Shown in pieces: positions 37,600 to 47,724 of a stretch of 64,000 nucleotides of DNA. The position numbers and the translations under genes are program-made. Position 1 is the stretch's first letter. Each line of letters starts with the position of its first letter. Source of the DNA: Promethearchaeota archaeon (GTDB lineage: Archaea > Asgardarchaeota > Lokiarchaeia > Sigyniarchaeales > SOKP01); the NCBI GenBank assembly GCA_048937405.1, contig JBHLNF010000002.1, positions 160,001 to 224,000 of the forward strand. Direction: 5' to 3'. A model generated the notes under the pieces. The model was not told where the DNA came from. It worked only from the letters and a program-made list of their open reading frames with translations, and did not search any database.

Positions 37600-39135
37600 A
37601 TGTCATTTGAATTAACTGAAATTGCTGGTATAGGAAAAGCTACTGCAGATAAGATGAAAGCTGCGGGGATAGATAGTATTGAAAAATTAGTTGAAGTAAA
37701 ACCAGAAGATTTGGTTAAATTAAAAATTAAAGGTGTCGGAAAAGCAACTGCAGAAAAATATATTAAAAATGCTATAGAATTTCTTAAAGAACTAAAACCG
37801 AACGAGATACCAAAATCTCAAACGAAAACAGTAAAGGATAAAAAATATGAACCAAAACCTAAAACTAAAGCTTCTAATATTAAGCAATTAATGAAACAAC
37901 AAGCAGAATGTAATATTGGTTTAGTAGGCCATGTAGATCATGGTAAAACTACTTTAGTGAAAGCTTTAACTGGAGATTGGACAGATCGTCATTCTGAAGA
38001 GCAAGAAAGAGGGATTTCAATAAAATTAGGTTATTCTAATGCAACAATTTTATACTGTCCTAGTTGTGATGAATATACAACATATTTCTTATCTGAAAAG
38101 TCAAGAAAAAAGGGGAAATCCCGATTTAATTGCCCACAATGTAAAGAAAATCTTGAATTCAAAAGAAATATTTCATTTGTTGATGCTCCTGGCCATGAGA
38201 TCTTAATGGCAACAATGTTGAGTGGGGCATCATTAATGGATGGAGCATGTTTATTAATTGCGGCAGATGAGAAATGTCCTCAACCACAAACAAGAGAACA
38301 TTTAGAAGCACTTCATATCGCGGGAATAGAAAACATTATTATTATTCAAAATAAAATTGATGCCGTTTCAAGAGAACAAGCATTTGAAAATTATCAACAA
38401 ATAAAAAAATTTATTAAAGGCACAATTGCAGAAAAAGCTCCAATTATACCAATTTCAGCGGTATTTGAAGCGAATATTGGTTTAGTTTTAAGAGCTTTTG
38501 AAGAAATAATCCCATCTCCTAAATTTACTGAAGGGAAATTTCAGTTTTTAATAGCAAGATCTTTTGATATTAATCGTCCAGGGAAAGATATTGAAGATTT
38601 AAAAGGTGGTGTAATAGGAGGATCAGTTCTTAAAGGAATGATTAAAATCGGTGATGAAATTGAAATTCGTCCTGGTATTCGGATTAAAGATGACTATATT
38701 CCTATCAAATCTACTATTGTAAGTATTAGCCAAGGAAACAATCTTTTAGATATCGCGAAACCTGGAGGGCTCATAGGCTTAGGCACTAACCTAGATCCTG
38801 CTTTAACTAAGGGTGATCATCTAATTGGGCATTTAGTAGGAAAGCCGAATACATTACCTGAAGTACTTCATGAAATCGAGTTAAAAGTTAGTCTATTAGA
38901 TCGAGTTTTAGGTTCTGAACAATTGCTTAGAGTTCACTCACTTAAACATAATGAGAAATTATTACTTGTTGTTGGTACAGAAAAGACTGGAGGAACAGTT
39001 ACAAAAATACTAAAAGATAGTGTAATTATAAAATTAAATCCTCCTATCTGTCCTCCAGAAGCTTTTATTTACGCGATTTCTAGAATAATAAATAGGCGCT
39101 ATAGATTAATAGGTTATGGAGAAGCAATAAATTAA
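37600..39135 (+). CDS. eif2g: Translation initiation factor 2 gamma subunit with N-terminal helix-hairpin-helix extension
   Basis: NIGLVGHVDHGKT, RGISIKLGY, Zn knuckle, DAPGHE, QPQTREH, QNKID, RSFDINRPG, RLIGYG; N-terminal GIGKATA..GVGKATA HhH pair. Confidence 0.95.
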   Translation: MSFELTEIAGIGKATADKMKAAGIDSIEKLVEVKPEDLVKLKIKGVGKATAEKYIKNAIEFLKELKPNEIPKSQTKTVKDKKYEPKPKTKASNIKQLMKQQAECNIGLVGHVDHGKTTLVKALTGDWTDRHSEEQERGISIKLGYSNATILYCPSCDEYTTYFLSEKSRKKGKSRFNCPQCKENLEFKRNISFVDAPGHEILMATMLSGASLMDGACLLIAADEKCPQPQTREHLEALHIAGIENIIIIQNKIDAVSREQAFENYQQIKKFIKGTIAEKAPIIPISAVFEANIGLVLRAFEEIIPSPKFTEGKFQFLIARSFDINRPGKDIEDLKGGVIGGSVLKGMIKIGDEIEIRPGIRIKDDYIPIKSTIVSISQGNNLLDIAKPGGLIGLGTNLDPALTKGDHLIGHLVGKPNTLPEVLHEIELKVSLLDRVLGSEQLLRVHSLKHNEKLLLVVGTEKTGGTVTKILKDSVIIKLNPPICPPEAFIYAISRIINRRYRLIGYGEAIN

Positions 39136-39150
39136 ACAAAAATTATATTT

Positions 39151-39480
39151 TTAGGAAGAATAACTGAGAAAGATTTCCCTTATTTTCCCTTTTACAAGTT
39201 TTAATGAAGGATCTACTTGAACAAAAATATTATTCAATGATTTAATAATTTCTTCCCAAGCTTTTGGATCATTTGTCTTAGGAATAATTTGTTTAGTTTC
39301 ATATAAAATAAGGGTGTTAGACACTTTAGCAAGAAAATGGAGCACAATTTCTTGCTTTAAATTATTAGTTAAGTTAAGATCATTCTTAATATCTTTAATT
39401 TCGTAAAAGATCTCGTTCATTATTTTGCGATCAAGAAAATTAATGAAATCATCAATATTATCACAAAAAATAACAATCAA
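39151..39480 (-). CDS. Hypothetical protein
   Basis: 109-aa ORF co-oriented with and adjacent to 39487-41181. Confidence 0.6.
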   Translation of the reverse strand: MIVIFCDNIDDFINFLDRKIMNEIFYEIKDIKNDLNLTNNLKQEIVLHFLAKVSNTLILYETKQIIPKTNDPKAWEEIIKSLNNIFVQVDPSLKLVKGKIREIFLSYSS

Positions 39481-39486
39481 TGTGAA

Positions 39487-41181
39487 TTATCGCGTTTTTT
39501 TATATTTTAAATAAAATATAATCCCAATTATTAAAATAATACCATTTAAACTGCTAAAGATTATTATCCAAATTGGAAAATGAGGATAACTAGTATAAAC
39601 ATAATTTATATACTTATAAGTACTACATCTAGATTCTTTCAATAATATTCCACTCTTATAGGCTTTAACTGTATAGTTTCCAGCTGGAACATTATGAAGT
39701 ATAATTTCTCCATTTTCATTTGTACTGCCAACAGCGATTGGTTGAGTTCGATTTTTCGAAATATATGTTCCATACTCTTTACCAAAATAAAAAACTCTCA
39801 CTTCTGCTCCTATTAATGGCATTTTAACACTATCTGTAACTATAACTCTTAAAGTTTGAGTTGGGTGATATTCAATTATAGAAGGACAAGTTTCTCCAAC
39901 AATTAGATAAGGAATTTTGACTAATAAACCTCGCCTTCCGGTTATAGTATAATTTAAAGGAAATTGTGCAAAAGACCTTTCGAATAGAGAATAATTATTA
40001 ATAATTTGATCTAAATAGATAGCAGGTTCATAAAATGAGATATTCTTCAAAAAGATATGTTGAGGACCACTTATTAGCGAAGGAAAATAAATACGTTGCC
40101 TTATATATTGTCCTTTAATAAGACGATCTATTGCCCATGTTTTTCCAACTGGATTGATAAATTTTAATGTAAATAAAACTGTAAAACTCAGGGAAAAAAT
40201 ACTATTTTCTCCAGTAAATCCATCTGTTAAGTGTACATTTATAGAATTATTTATTCCTAAATGTTCACTCATATCAACAGTAACATTATTTAAAACGAGA
40301 GTATGATTGATAAATGAATTTTTATCGAAAGGATCCACAGTTAGAGCAATATCAATATCATCAGCTAAGGTGGTTTCACCCGGATTTGCAGAAGATTCAT
40401 TAAATTTTTGTCCTGCTATAGTAAATTCATAGTTAAAATCTATGGTAAAATTTTGTTCTATTTCATGGATCATCAAATTTTTTGTGGATTTTTGGGATAA
40501 ACTCCAATCATTTATCTCTAATGTATATTCCCAGATAAAATACATTGTAAAATTTGTATTCTGCCATTCTTGGAAATATTTTTCATAATCAAATTTAACA
40601 AAATTATTAAAACTATCAATGGTATAATTATTTCCTGCTTCCAATTCAAAAATATTAGTGCCGTTATTAACAAATAATTGAAGTAATTCACATGGATCTA
40701 AACGTGGATGATAAATTAGATATCCTTGTGTCAAATTATTATATTCAAAAAAAATACTTTCATTCAATTTCACAGCTATTTGATAGTTATCTGAAGTGTT
40801 TTCATCAATATTGTCTACTATTGCAGATTTTGTTGTATCCATAAATTGCATACCAAGATGAGTTTTATTCAAATATTTTAAATTATAATCTTCATAAATT
40901 TCAGGATAAGTATCATTATTTTCGAAATATCCTTCTTTTAATTGACTGAAATCTATATTAGTTACCTTAATAGTACCAAGACCATATTTTTCTTCAGATA
41001 GAATTGCATCATAATCATTTTTCGAGAAATCATTCAATTGAGGATATGTATCAATAATTCCTTCATTGGAATTATACTTTACATCACTAATAACTATTGG
41101 AATTAATATAAAAGAAATAATAACTGAGATAAAAAAGAATTTGATATAATTATGAGTACCAATCTTTTTTCTATTGAACAT
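39487..41181 (-). CDS. Cell-surface glycoprotein with a carboxypeptidase-regulatory-like (Ig) domain
   Basis: Signal peptide, many N-x-S/T sequons, V.VTD...PL.GAEV...TNENG.I....VP.GNYTV, C-terminal TM helix with basic tail. Confidence 0.75.
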   Translation of the reverse strand: MFNRKKIGTHNYIKFFFISVIISFILIPIVISDVKYNSNEGIIDTYPQLNDFSKNDYDAILSEEKYGLGTIKVTNIDFSQLKEGYFENNDTYPEIYEDYNLKYLNKTHLGMQFMDTTKSAIVDNIDENTSDNYQIAVKLNESIFFEYNNLTQGYLIYHPRLDPCELLQLFVNNGTNIFELEAGNNYTIDSFNNFVKFDYEKYFQEWQNTNFTMYFIWEYTLEINDWSLSQKSTKNLMIHEIEQNFTIDFNYEFTIAGQKFNESSANPGETTLADDIDIALTVDPFDKNSFINHTLVLNNVTVDMSEHLGINNSINVHLTDGFTGENSIFSLSFTVLFTLKFINPVGKTWAIDRLIKGQYIRQRIYFPSLISGPQHIFLKNISFYEPAIYLDQIINNYSLFERSFAQFPLNYTITGRRGLLVKIPYLIVGETCPSIIEYHPTQTLRVIVTDSVKMPLIGAEVRVFYFGKEYGTYISKNRTQPIAVGSTNENGEIILHNVPAGNYTVKAYKSGILLKESRCSTYKYINYVYTSYPHFPIWIIIFSSLNGIILIIGIIFYLKYKKTR

Positions 41182-41457
41182 TATGAATATGAAATATTAA
41201 TATATTTAGAACAGAAAATTAAATTAAATTAAATAATTTTACTATAGGATTTAAGATTTAACTTTTCTACCTCAAAAACCTAATTAAAATAGGAATATTT
41301 ATAATTATAGAATTTATTTGGAATTTATTAAATTTTAAAATAAAACAAGAATACAAAAATAGTATATTTTGAACCTTTATTTTTCATAAGACTTTTGGTT
41401 CCCTTTAATTATCATATAATCAATCCACATAATATTATCTAAAATTTTTAGAATATA

Positions 41458-42846
41458 ATGAGATTAATGACCAAACAACCTGATAATACGAAATTCTTTG
41501 AAACTTTTAACAATGCAGTTGATCAATTTATCGATAGATCTTTTTCTCATATTGTAACAATTTCTCATAATGATGCTGATGGAATAAGCTGTCTTCATTT
41601 AATCCAAAATTTATTGTATAAAATGCATATCGAATATGATTATTTTATTTATAATAGATCTGTCTCTTGGAATAATTATCTAAAAGGAATTTTCTCAAAC
41701 AGAAAAACAGATAAAAATGCATTCATTTTAACTGATGTGGGTTCAAATTTAAAAGAACTAATCCCAATAATCAAAAAAAGAGAAGAAATCTTTTTTATAC
41801 TTGATCATCATGAGGTTGAAGATGATATATATATAGATGATTTTCCAGAGAATTTATTTTTTGTTAATCCAACCATTTTTGGTTATGATGGATTAGAACA
41901 TATTGCGGGAGCCACTTTGACATATATGTTTGCTAAAAAAATAAAACACTCAATAATAAAACAAGGATGGTTGACTGTTCTAGGAATTGCGGGAGATTCG
42001 CTAAAACCAATGGATCAGTTAAAATCATTTAACCGAGATATTTATGAAGAATTAGTTAATGAAGAACTTATTGAAGATAGAGAAGGTTTAATTCTATTTG
42101 GTAGTATGCATGAATCAATTCGGAATGGTTTAAAATATAGCATTTTACCTTTTCTAAAACACTTTGGAGGAGTTATGGATCAACAAATTAATTCATTTTT
42201 AGATAGGATAAATATCAATCCAAAAACTAAAATTCTTGATTTGACTAAATCTGAAGTTGAAAAAATTCAAAATAAAGCAGATTTTAAGAGTTTTGGCCAT
42301 TATACATTATTACCAAATAAATCTGATATTTTGAGTTTTGCTTTTGAACATGCTCTTTTATTGAATATACTAGGTTTCAGAAACATAAGTTCTGCTATTT
42401 TAATGGTTCAATTAAAATCTATAACACGTGATGCAAAGACTATCTATAATGAATATATAGAAAATCTTGCTAAAAATTTGAGAACTCTTTCAACCGAATC
42501 TCCTCATCATGAAACGGAGAAAGCAGTTTTTTTTGAAGTAAAGGGAAAGATCCCACCTAGTAACTGGTCAGATACAGCTAGTTTTAGCGCTGTAAATGAA
42601 CTAGTTGATCCAAACAAAATTTTATTTCTAGGAGGTCCTGAAAAAAAATCAGGGACAATTAAATTAAGTATCCGATGTTCAAAAAAATATCTCGAAAGAA
42701 ATAATGCTATTGGAGTAAATCAAGTCATATCAAATATTAGAAAAGAATTAGGAGGTGTTGGTGGGGGACATAAATTAGCGGGAGGTATAAGATTATCAAA
42801 ATCATCCTATGATCTTTTAAAAACAAGAGTAGATGATTTTATATGA
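41458..42846 (+). CDS. DHH-family phosphoesterase (RecJ/Cdc45-like)
   Basis: HNDADG, TDVGS, LDHH, and DHHA1 motif GGGHKLAGG. Confidence 0.88.
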   Translation: MRLMTKQPDNTKFFETFNNAVDQFIDRSFSHIVTISHNDADGISCLHLIQNLLYKMHIEYDYFIYNRSVSWNNYLKGIFSNRKTDKNAFILTDVGSNLKELIPIIKKREEIFFILDHHEVEDDIYIDDFPENLFFVNPTIFGYDGLEHIAGATLTYMFAKKIKHSIIKQGWLTVLGIAGDSLKPMDQLKSFNRDIYEELVNEELIEDREGLILFGSMHESIRNGLKYSILPFLKHFGGVMDQQINSFLDRININPKTKILDLTKSEVEKIQNKADFKSFGHYTLLPNKSDILSFAFEHALLLNILGFRNISSAILMVQLKSITRDAKTIYNEYIENLAKNLRTLSTESPHHETEKAVFFEVKGKIPPSNWSDTASFSAVNELVDPNKILFLGGPEKKSGTIKLSIRCSKKYLERNNAIGVNQVISNIRKELGGVGGGHKLAGGIRLSKSSYDLLKTRVDDFI

Positions 42847-42875
42847 TTTTTAGAAATTATAAGCTTTATTGAATA

Positions 42876-43172
42876 ATGGGGTTAATAAAAAAGTTAGATA
42901 ATAGAAGCTTTATGATAAGATTACAAGCTAAAACGAACTCCAAAAAGGAGAAAATAGTTAGTAATGGTGAAATATTAACAATATTTCTTAAATCAAAACC
43001 TATCCAAAATAAAGCAAATATAGAATTAATTTCTCTTATAAAAAAAAAGTTGAATATATCATCTAACCAAATTCAATTAATATCCGGTTCAAAAAGCAAA
43101 GATAAAACAATTAAAATTGCTTTTAATAAAAGTATAGAAGAAGAAGAAATTATAAAAAAGTTGTTAGAATAG
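42876..43172 (+). CDS. DUF167/YggU family protein
   Basis: P..NKAN.ELI..I...L......I.LISG.KSK.K. Confidence 0.85.
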   Translation: MGLIKKLDNRSFMIRLQAKTNSKKEKIVSNGEILTIFLKSKPIQNKANIELISLIKKKLNISSNQIQLISGSKSKDKTIKIAFNKSIEEEEIIKKLLE

Positions 43173-43173
43173 A

Positions 43174-43524
43174 TTAACTACCAATTTTCTTCATTTTACC
43201 ACACTTTAAGCATGTTATAAAGTGGGTCATCCCCTCATCAGCTCTCCGTGTTTGTCTGGTTTCTAAGTGTGCTTTTGTATAACCGCATCGTGGACATTTA
43301 AAATCTTTTATTGTGCTTCTTAAATTTTCTTCCTTCCATTCCATAACTTCAGCAAGATTTGTAACTTCTTCTCGTACTGAGTGTTCAATTTTAGTAGTTA
43401 ACTTATATGCTTCAGATTTTTCTTCTATAAATGGTTTTGTTGCACCACATTTACATTTGAATACCTTTTTTCCATTATTCTTAGAGGGTAACATCATTCC
43501 CCCACAATCATCACAAAATTCCAT
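43174..43524 (-). CDS. tfs: Transcription factor S (TFS/RpoM)
   Basis: MEFCDDCG.MM.P, CKCG; CPRCG..QTRRADEG.T.F..C.KCG. Confidence 0.93.
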   Translation of the reverse strand: MEFCDDCGGMMLPSKNNGKKVFKCKCGATKPFIEEKSEAYKLTTKIEHSVREEVTNLAEVMEWKEENLRSTIKDFKCPRCGYTKAHLETRQTRRADEGMTHFITCLKCGKMKKIGS

Positions 43525-43605
43525 TATGTAATAGACCTTAACAATTATATTTTATCTTTATCTCTTCAAATTAAATAATTATTTAAACCAAATAATTTTT
43601 TTTAT

Positions 43606-44580
43606 TCAAAATTTTAAGCCAAAAAGTAAAGCACAAAATATCACACCAGATATCAGATCTGCAGTAGTACCTGGATTTAGTTGCCCATTTTTTTCTTGGA
43701 GTTCTTTATCTAACTCTAAGGTTAACTTTAACCCTTCATTGGATGAGATACCCCCATATTCAACTATATTTGATGCAACTTTAGAGATATATAAAGCTGA
43801 TCCTAATCCCGATTTTCTTATGACTAATGTATCTGGATATTTTGATAACAATTTTAAATAGGTATTAACTGTAGCGATGTTGATGTCTCTATATAAATTG
43901 AATGAGTTAATAAAATATGGTAAACCTTCACTTAATATAATATTGAAACCAGTTGAATATTCTGAGCTAATTGAATCATAATCTTTAGAATATTCAAATA
44001 TTTTTTTTAAATTCATACCATCTTTAATAAGATGATTTGCAGAATTTTCATCATTAATGTCATATTTTTCAATGGTACCTAATCCACCAGGATTAGATAA
44101 TCGGATTGCTTTATATAATTCTATCGTATCATTTACAGAAGAATTTTCAATGATACTCTTCAGGTAATATTTTAATTTATTTATACTATTTTTTCCGTTT
44201 TTAATACAGATTGTAGCTGCGGCTGCCAATGGCCCTAAAATTAATATATGACCTAATAAGACATTCCCTCCCTTTTGCCACTTCATCATTTCCTTAACAG
44301 CTTTTTTATAAAAATACCCTAATTCGATTTTAGAATAATCATTATCATTTTTGAAAGAAATACGATAGATTTTTTCACAGAATTCTCGAAAAGTTGGTTG
44401 AATAACAATAATTCCTGCCAAAAAATGTTCAAATTTAGTGTTTCCAAAATCCTTTGTACGATGTACATTTCCTGGTTTTGGCCAACCTGCTATTTCTAAT
44501 AAACTAGCAAGAGTCACGCAATTTAATAATTCATCTATAGATTTAATAGAAATTTTATAATTTTCTCTTTCTAATGACAC
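43606..44580 (-). CDS. citG: Triphosphoribosyl-dephospho-CoA synthase family (CitG-like)
   Basis: LE....PKPGNVHR, DTL..RK.G, NPGTTAD. Confidence 0.88.
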   Translation of the reverse strand: MSLERENYKISIKSIDELLNCVTLASLLEIAGWPKPGNVHRTKDFGNTKFEHFLAGIIVIQPTFREFCEKIYRISFKNDNDYSKIELGYFYKKAVKEMMKWQKGGNVLLGHILILGPLAAAATICIKNGKNSINKLKYYLKSIIENSSVNDTIELYKAIRLSNPGGLGTIEKYDINDENSANHLIKDGMNLKKIFEYSKDYDSISSEYSTGFNIILSEGLPYFINSFNLYRDINIATVNTYLKLLSKYPDTLVIRKSGLGSALYISKVASNIVEYGGISSNEGLKLTLELDKELQEKNGQLNPGTTADLISGVIFCALLFGLKF

Positions 44581-44631
44581 ATTTAAATAAGTTTTTCTAA
44601 AAATATAATTATTTTCGAGAAAGAATAAGAA

Positions 44632-44937
44632 TTAATAATAACTTAACTCGATAATTTTCTTTTCTTTTACTATATATCCTTCAGCATCAGGATTTTTATA
44701 AGAAATTGGTCGAAAATCACCATATAATCCTTTTTTATGTAAAAATTTCTTAATTCTAAGTTTTACGGCTCTTTTTGATAATTTATTTGGCATTACAATA
44801 TTAATATTATCCCCATTTCTTTCGAGTGTTATCTGAGGTAGCACTTCAGACAAAAATCTAACTAGGTCATCAATATATTCAAGACCCTTATACCCTAGAT
44901 CCTTAGCCTTAATTACAATTGATTTTACTTCACTCAT
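44632..44937 (-). CDS. rpl22e: Ribosomal protein eL22 (L22e) homolog
   Basis: LSKR.VK..IKKFLHK.GL..DFR.IS...GY...YY matches the eL22 pattern SKRYLKYLTKKYLKK..LRD.LRVV. Confidence 0.8.
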   Translation of the reverse strand: MSEVKSIVIKAKDLGYKGLEYIDDLVRFLSEVLPQITLERNGDNINIVMPNKLSKRAVKLRIKKFLHKKGLYGDFRPISYKNPDAEGYIVKEKKIIELSYY

Positions 44938-45080
44938 AGTATTATCACTCTTTAAAATAATTAAAAATGTTATTAATTTTTTATGCTTTTAATATTATAA
45001 TTCATTATTTTATTTTCCTTAATAAATGTCCTGTATAGTTTAAAATAATTAACTAATCTAAGGATAGTTAGTGATTCAAT

Positions 45081-46361
45081 TTGGTAGATTATATAAATTT
45101 GGATTATGAACCAAGTGAAAATGATTTAGTCACTATGTATTATGTAGAAATTTCACCAGAATGTAAAAACTTACAGCATGCTTCCGAAGAAATCGCGAAA
45201 GAAAGTTCAATAGGTACTTGGACTGAAATTGCAACTTTATCTGCAGATATTGCCAAAAAGCTCAAACCTTCAACTTTTCACATTGATGATGAAAATAGTA
45301 TTATTAAGATTGCTTATACTAAAGAACTATTTGAGATTAACAATATTCCTCAAATTTTAAGTGCGATTGCGGGAAATATTTATGGAATGAAAGTATTAAA
45401 GTCCCTAAGATTGTTGGATATAAGTTTTCCTCAAGAAATTATCGAAGCTTATAAAGGTCCAAAATTTGGAATTGATGGTATAAGAAAATTAACTAAAGTA
45501 AAAGATAGACCTCTTCTTGGTACAATTGTTAAACCTAAAGTGGGATTAAATGAAATTGAACACGCAAAAATATGTGGAGAAGCATGGGCTGGTGGATTAG
45601 ATATTGTTAAAGATGATGAGAATCTCACTAATATGACATTTAATAAATTCGAAAAAAGAATCAAAGAAACATTAAGAATTAGAGATAAAGTAGAAAATCA
45701 AACGGGAGAGAGAAAATTTTATATGCCAAATATTACCGCACCAATTAAAATTATGAAAGAACGTGCAGACCACGTTATTGAAAATGGTGGAGAATATGTT
45801 ATGGTCGACATTCTTACAGTAGGATTTTCTGCTTTACAAGAAATTCGAGATTATTTAGATGATAAAAATATAGTTATTCATGCCCATAGAGCTATGCATG
45901 CCGCATTAACTCGAAACAAAAAGCATGGTTTAACTATGTTAGTTCTATCTAAATTAATGAGACTAATTGGTATGGATCAACTTCATACTGGAACAGTTGT
46001 AGGAAAAATGGAAGGCGGGAGAAAAGAAGTATTAGAATGTAATAAAATACTTACCACTCAAAAAATGTCTGATAATAATATAACCATGCTTAATCAAGAC
46101 TGGGGAAATATTAAATCTACTTTACCTGTAGCTTCTGGAGGTTTAAGTCCACTTCATATTCCTGATCTGATAGAGATATTAGGCCTAGATATGGTATATC
46201 AGTTTGGTGGAGGTTGTCATGGGCATCCCAATGGTACTAAAGCAGGAGCAAAAGCCATAAGACAAGCAATTGAAGCTGTTCAAAGTGGTTCAACACTAGA
46301 AGATTATGCTGTAAAACATAGTGAATTATTGAAGGCGATTGAAAAATGGGGTAAGAAATAA
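45081..46361 (+). CDS. rbcL: Form III RuBisCO large subunit
   Basis: ESSIGTW, GTIVKPKVGL, GGLDIVKDDE, HAHRAMH, GTVVGKMEG, SGG, GGG.HGHP. Confidence 0.96.
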   Translation: MVDYINLDYEPSENDLVTMYYVEISPECKNLQHASEEIAKESSIGTWTEIATLSADIAKKLKPSTFHIDDENSIIKIAYTKELFEINNIPQILSAIAGNIYGMKVLKSLRLLDISFPQEIIEAYKGPKFGIDGIRKLTKVKDRPLLGTIVKPKVGLNEIEHAKICGEAWAGGLDIVKDDENLTNMTFNKFEKRIKETLRIRDKVENQTGERKFYMPNITAPIKIMKERADHVIENGGEYVMVDILTVGFSALQEIRDYLDDKNIVIHAHRAMHAALTRNKKHGLTMLVLSKLMRLIGMDQLHTGTVVGKMEGGRKEVLECNKILTTQKMSDNNITMLNQDWGNIKSTLPVASGGLSPLHIPDLIEILGLDMVYQFGGGCHGHPNGTKAGAKAIRQAIEAVQSGSTLEDYAVKHSELLKAIEKWGKK

Positions 46362-46372
46362 AATATTATCGG

Positions 46373-47305
46373 TCATACCATTTCTGGGTACATTTTTGCA
46401 AAATAGTTTGGTACATGACTTGAGGCAAATATTCCTGCTTCAGTAATTAGGCCATCGATGTATCTTCTACTAACCGTTTCAAATGCAGGATTTATTATAT
46501 TGATTCCCTCTGGTGGATCTTTCCATATCTCCTGAGGATTTCTCATTTCAATAGTTTCTAATATTCCTAGATTAGTTTCTGGATTGTATTTTAATAAAGG
46601 AGATGCAACATAAAAAGGAACATGTTCTTCGTGAGCAACTAAAGCTAATAACCTTGATCCAATTTTATTAATAATAGTACCTTCAGAAGTTATACTATCT
46701 GCTCCAATTAGAATTAAATCAACTTGATAATGTTTCACAGCCCATCGCATAGCACTATCAACCACATGAATAACTTCAATACCTGCATCTAATAAAATTT
46801 TCGCGGTCTTCCTCCCTTGTAGTAGTGGTTGCGTTTCGGTATTAATGACTTTAAAATTCTTATCTTGTTTTTTCGCTTCTAAAAGAATACCAGTAACTAA
46901 ACTAGAATGACAATGAGTCATTACGTTGAATTTTTGACTTGATGAAGGAATGCGTCTAGAACCTATTTCAGCAATCTTTCTTTTCGAGTTTTGAAGCATA
47001 TCAAAATAGAGATTCTTGTATTTATCTATTATATCGGAGATATATTGAAAAATAATACTATCTTTTTCTTGTTCCATCTTATTCATTATAAACTTCAAAC
47101 CATTTTTCATAGCTGGTTCTGTTGGGCGTGCGTCCATTAAAATAGATTGTGCTTCATAGAGTTTTTTAAAACAAGTCTCAATATTAGTACATTTTAATCT
47201 TTTAGCATAATTACTTAAAAATTCAATAGCACTCATAGCAACATTACTCGCACCCTGAATCTCTAACGATATTATCTTTTGGGCATCATCTAATAAACCT
47301 TTCAT
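46373..47305 (-). CDS. e2b2: Ribose-1,5-bisphosphate isomerase (eIF2B-like family)
   Basis: EIQGA, RPTEP, THCHSS, ET.P..QG, GADSIT, NKIG, NPAFE; adjacent to RuBisCO. Confidence 0.88.
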   Translation of the reverse strand: MKGLLDDAQKIISLEIQGASNVAMSAIEFLSNYAKRLKCTNIETCFKKLYEAQSILMDARPTEPAMKNGLKFIMNKMEQEKDSIIFQYISDIIDKYKNLYFDMLQNSKRKIAEIGSRRIPSSSQKFNVMTHCHSSLVTGILLEAKKQDKNFKVINTETQPLLQGRKTAKILLDAGIEVIHVVDSAMRWAVKHYQVDLILIGADSITSEGTIINKIGSRLLALVAHEEHVPFYVASPLLKYNPETNLGILETIEMRNPQEIWKDPPEGINIINPAFETVSRRYIDGLITEAGIFASSHVPNYFAKMYPEMV

Positions 47306-47385
47306 AATATTTTCACTATTTCTATCCTTTAATCATAAATCAACGATAGTTGGACTCAAAATTTCTTATATTTTATCATATTAAT

Positions 47386-47574
47386 TCATTCCTCTGAGAA
47401 TTCCTCTGGATCCAATTGATAATCTTCAGAATCAACTTCAATAAAAAATCGACCAATATATCCACATTTTGAATCTTTGCATTCATATAAATTTGGAGCT
47501 ATTCCACCAGCAACATTTATAGCATTTCTTAATGTTGGTTTTTTGCATCTTGGACAAATTCTGATATTTACCAT
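47386..47574 (-). CDS. Small zinc-ribbon protein
   Basis: CPRC....Y.C...CGY.G. Confidence 0.7.
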   Translation of the reverse strand: MVNIRICPRCKKPTLRNAINVAGGIAPNLYECKDSKCGYIGRFFIEVDSEDYQLDPEEFSEE

Positions 47575-47724
47575 ATTTAACCATATTTTTTTTATATATT
47601 AGGAATTCAGATATTTTCTAATATTTAATAATCGTAAATAACATTTACTCTCTTTGATTTTTTATATAATAATATAAAATTGTTCAAATTAACATATCAC
47701 ATTTCTCATTAAAAATTTATAGTT

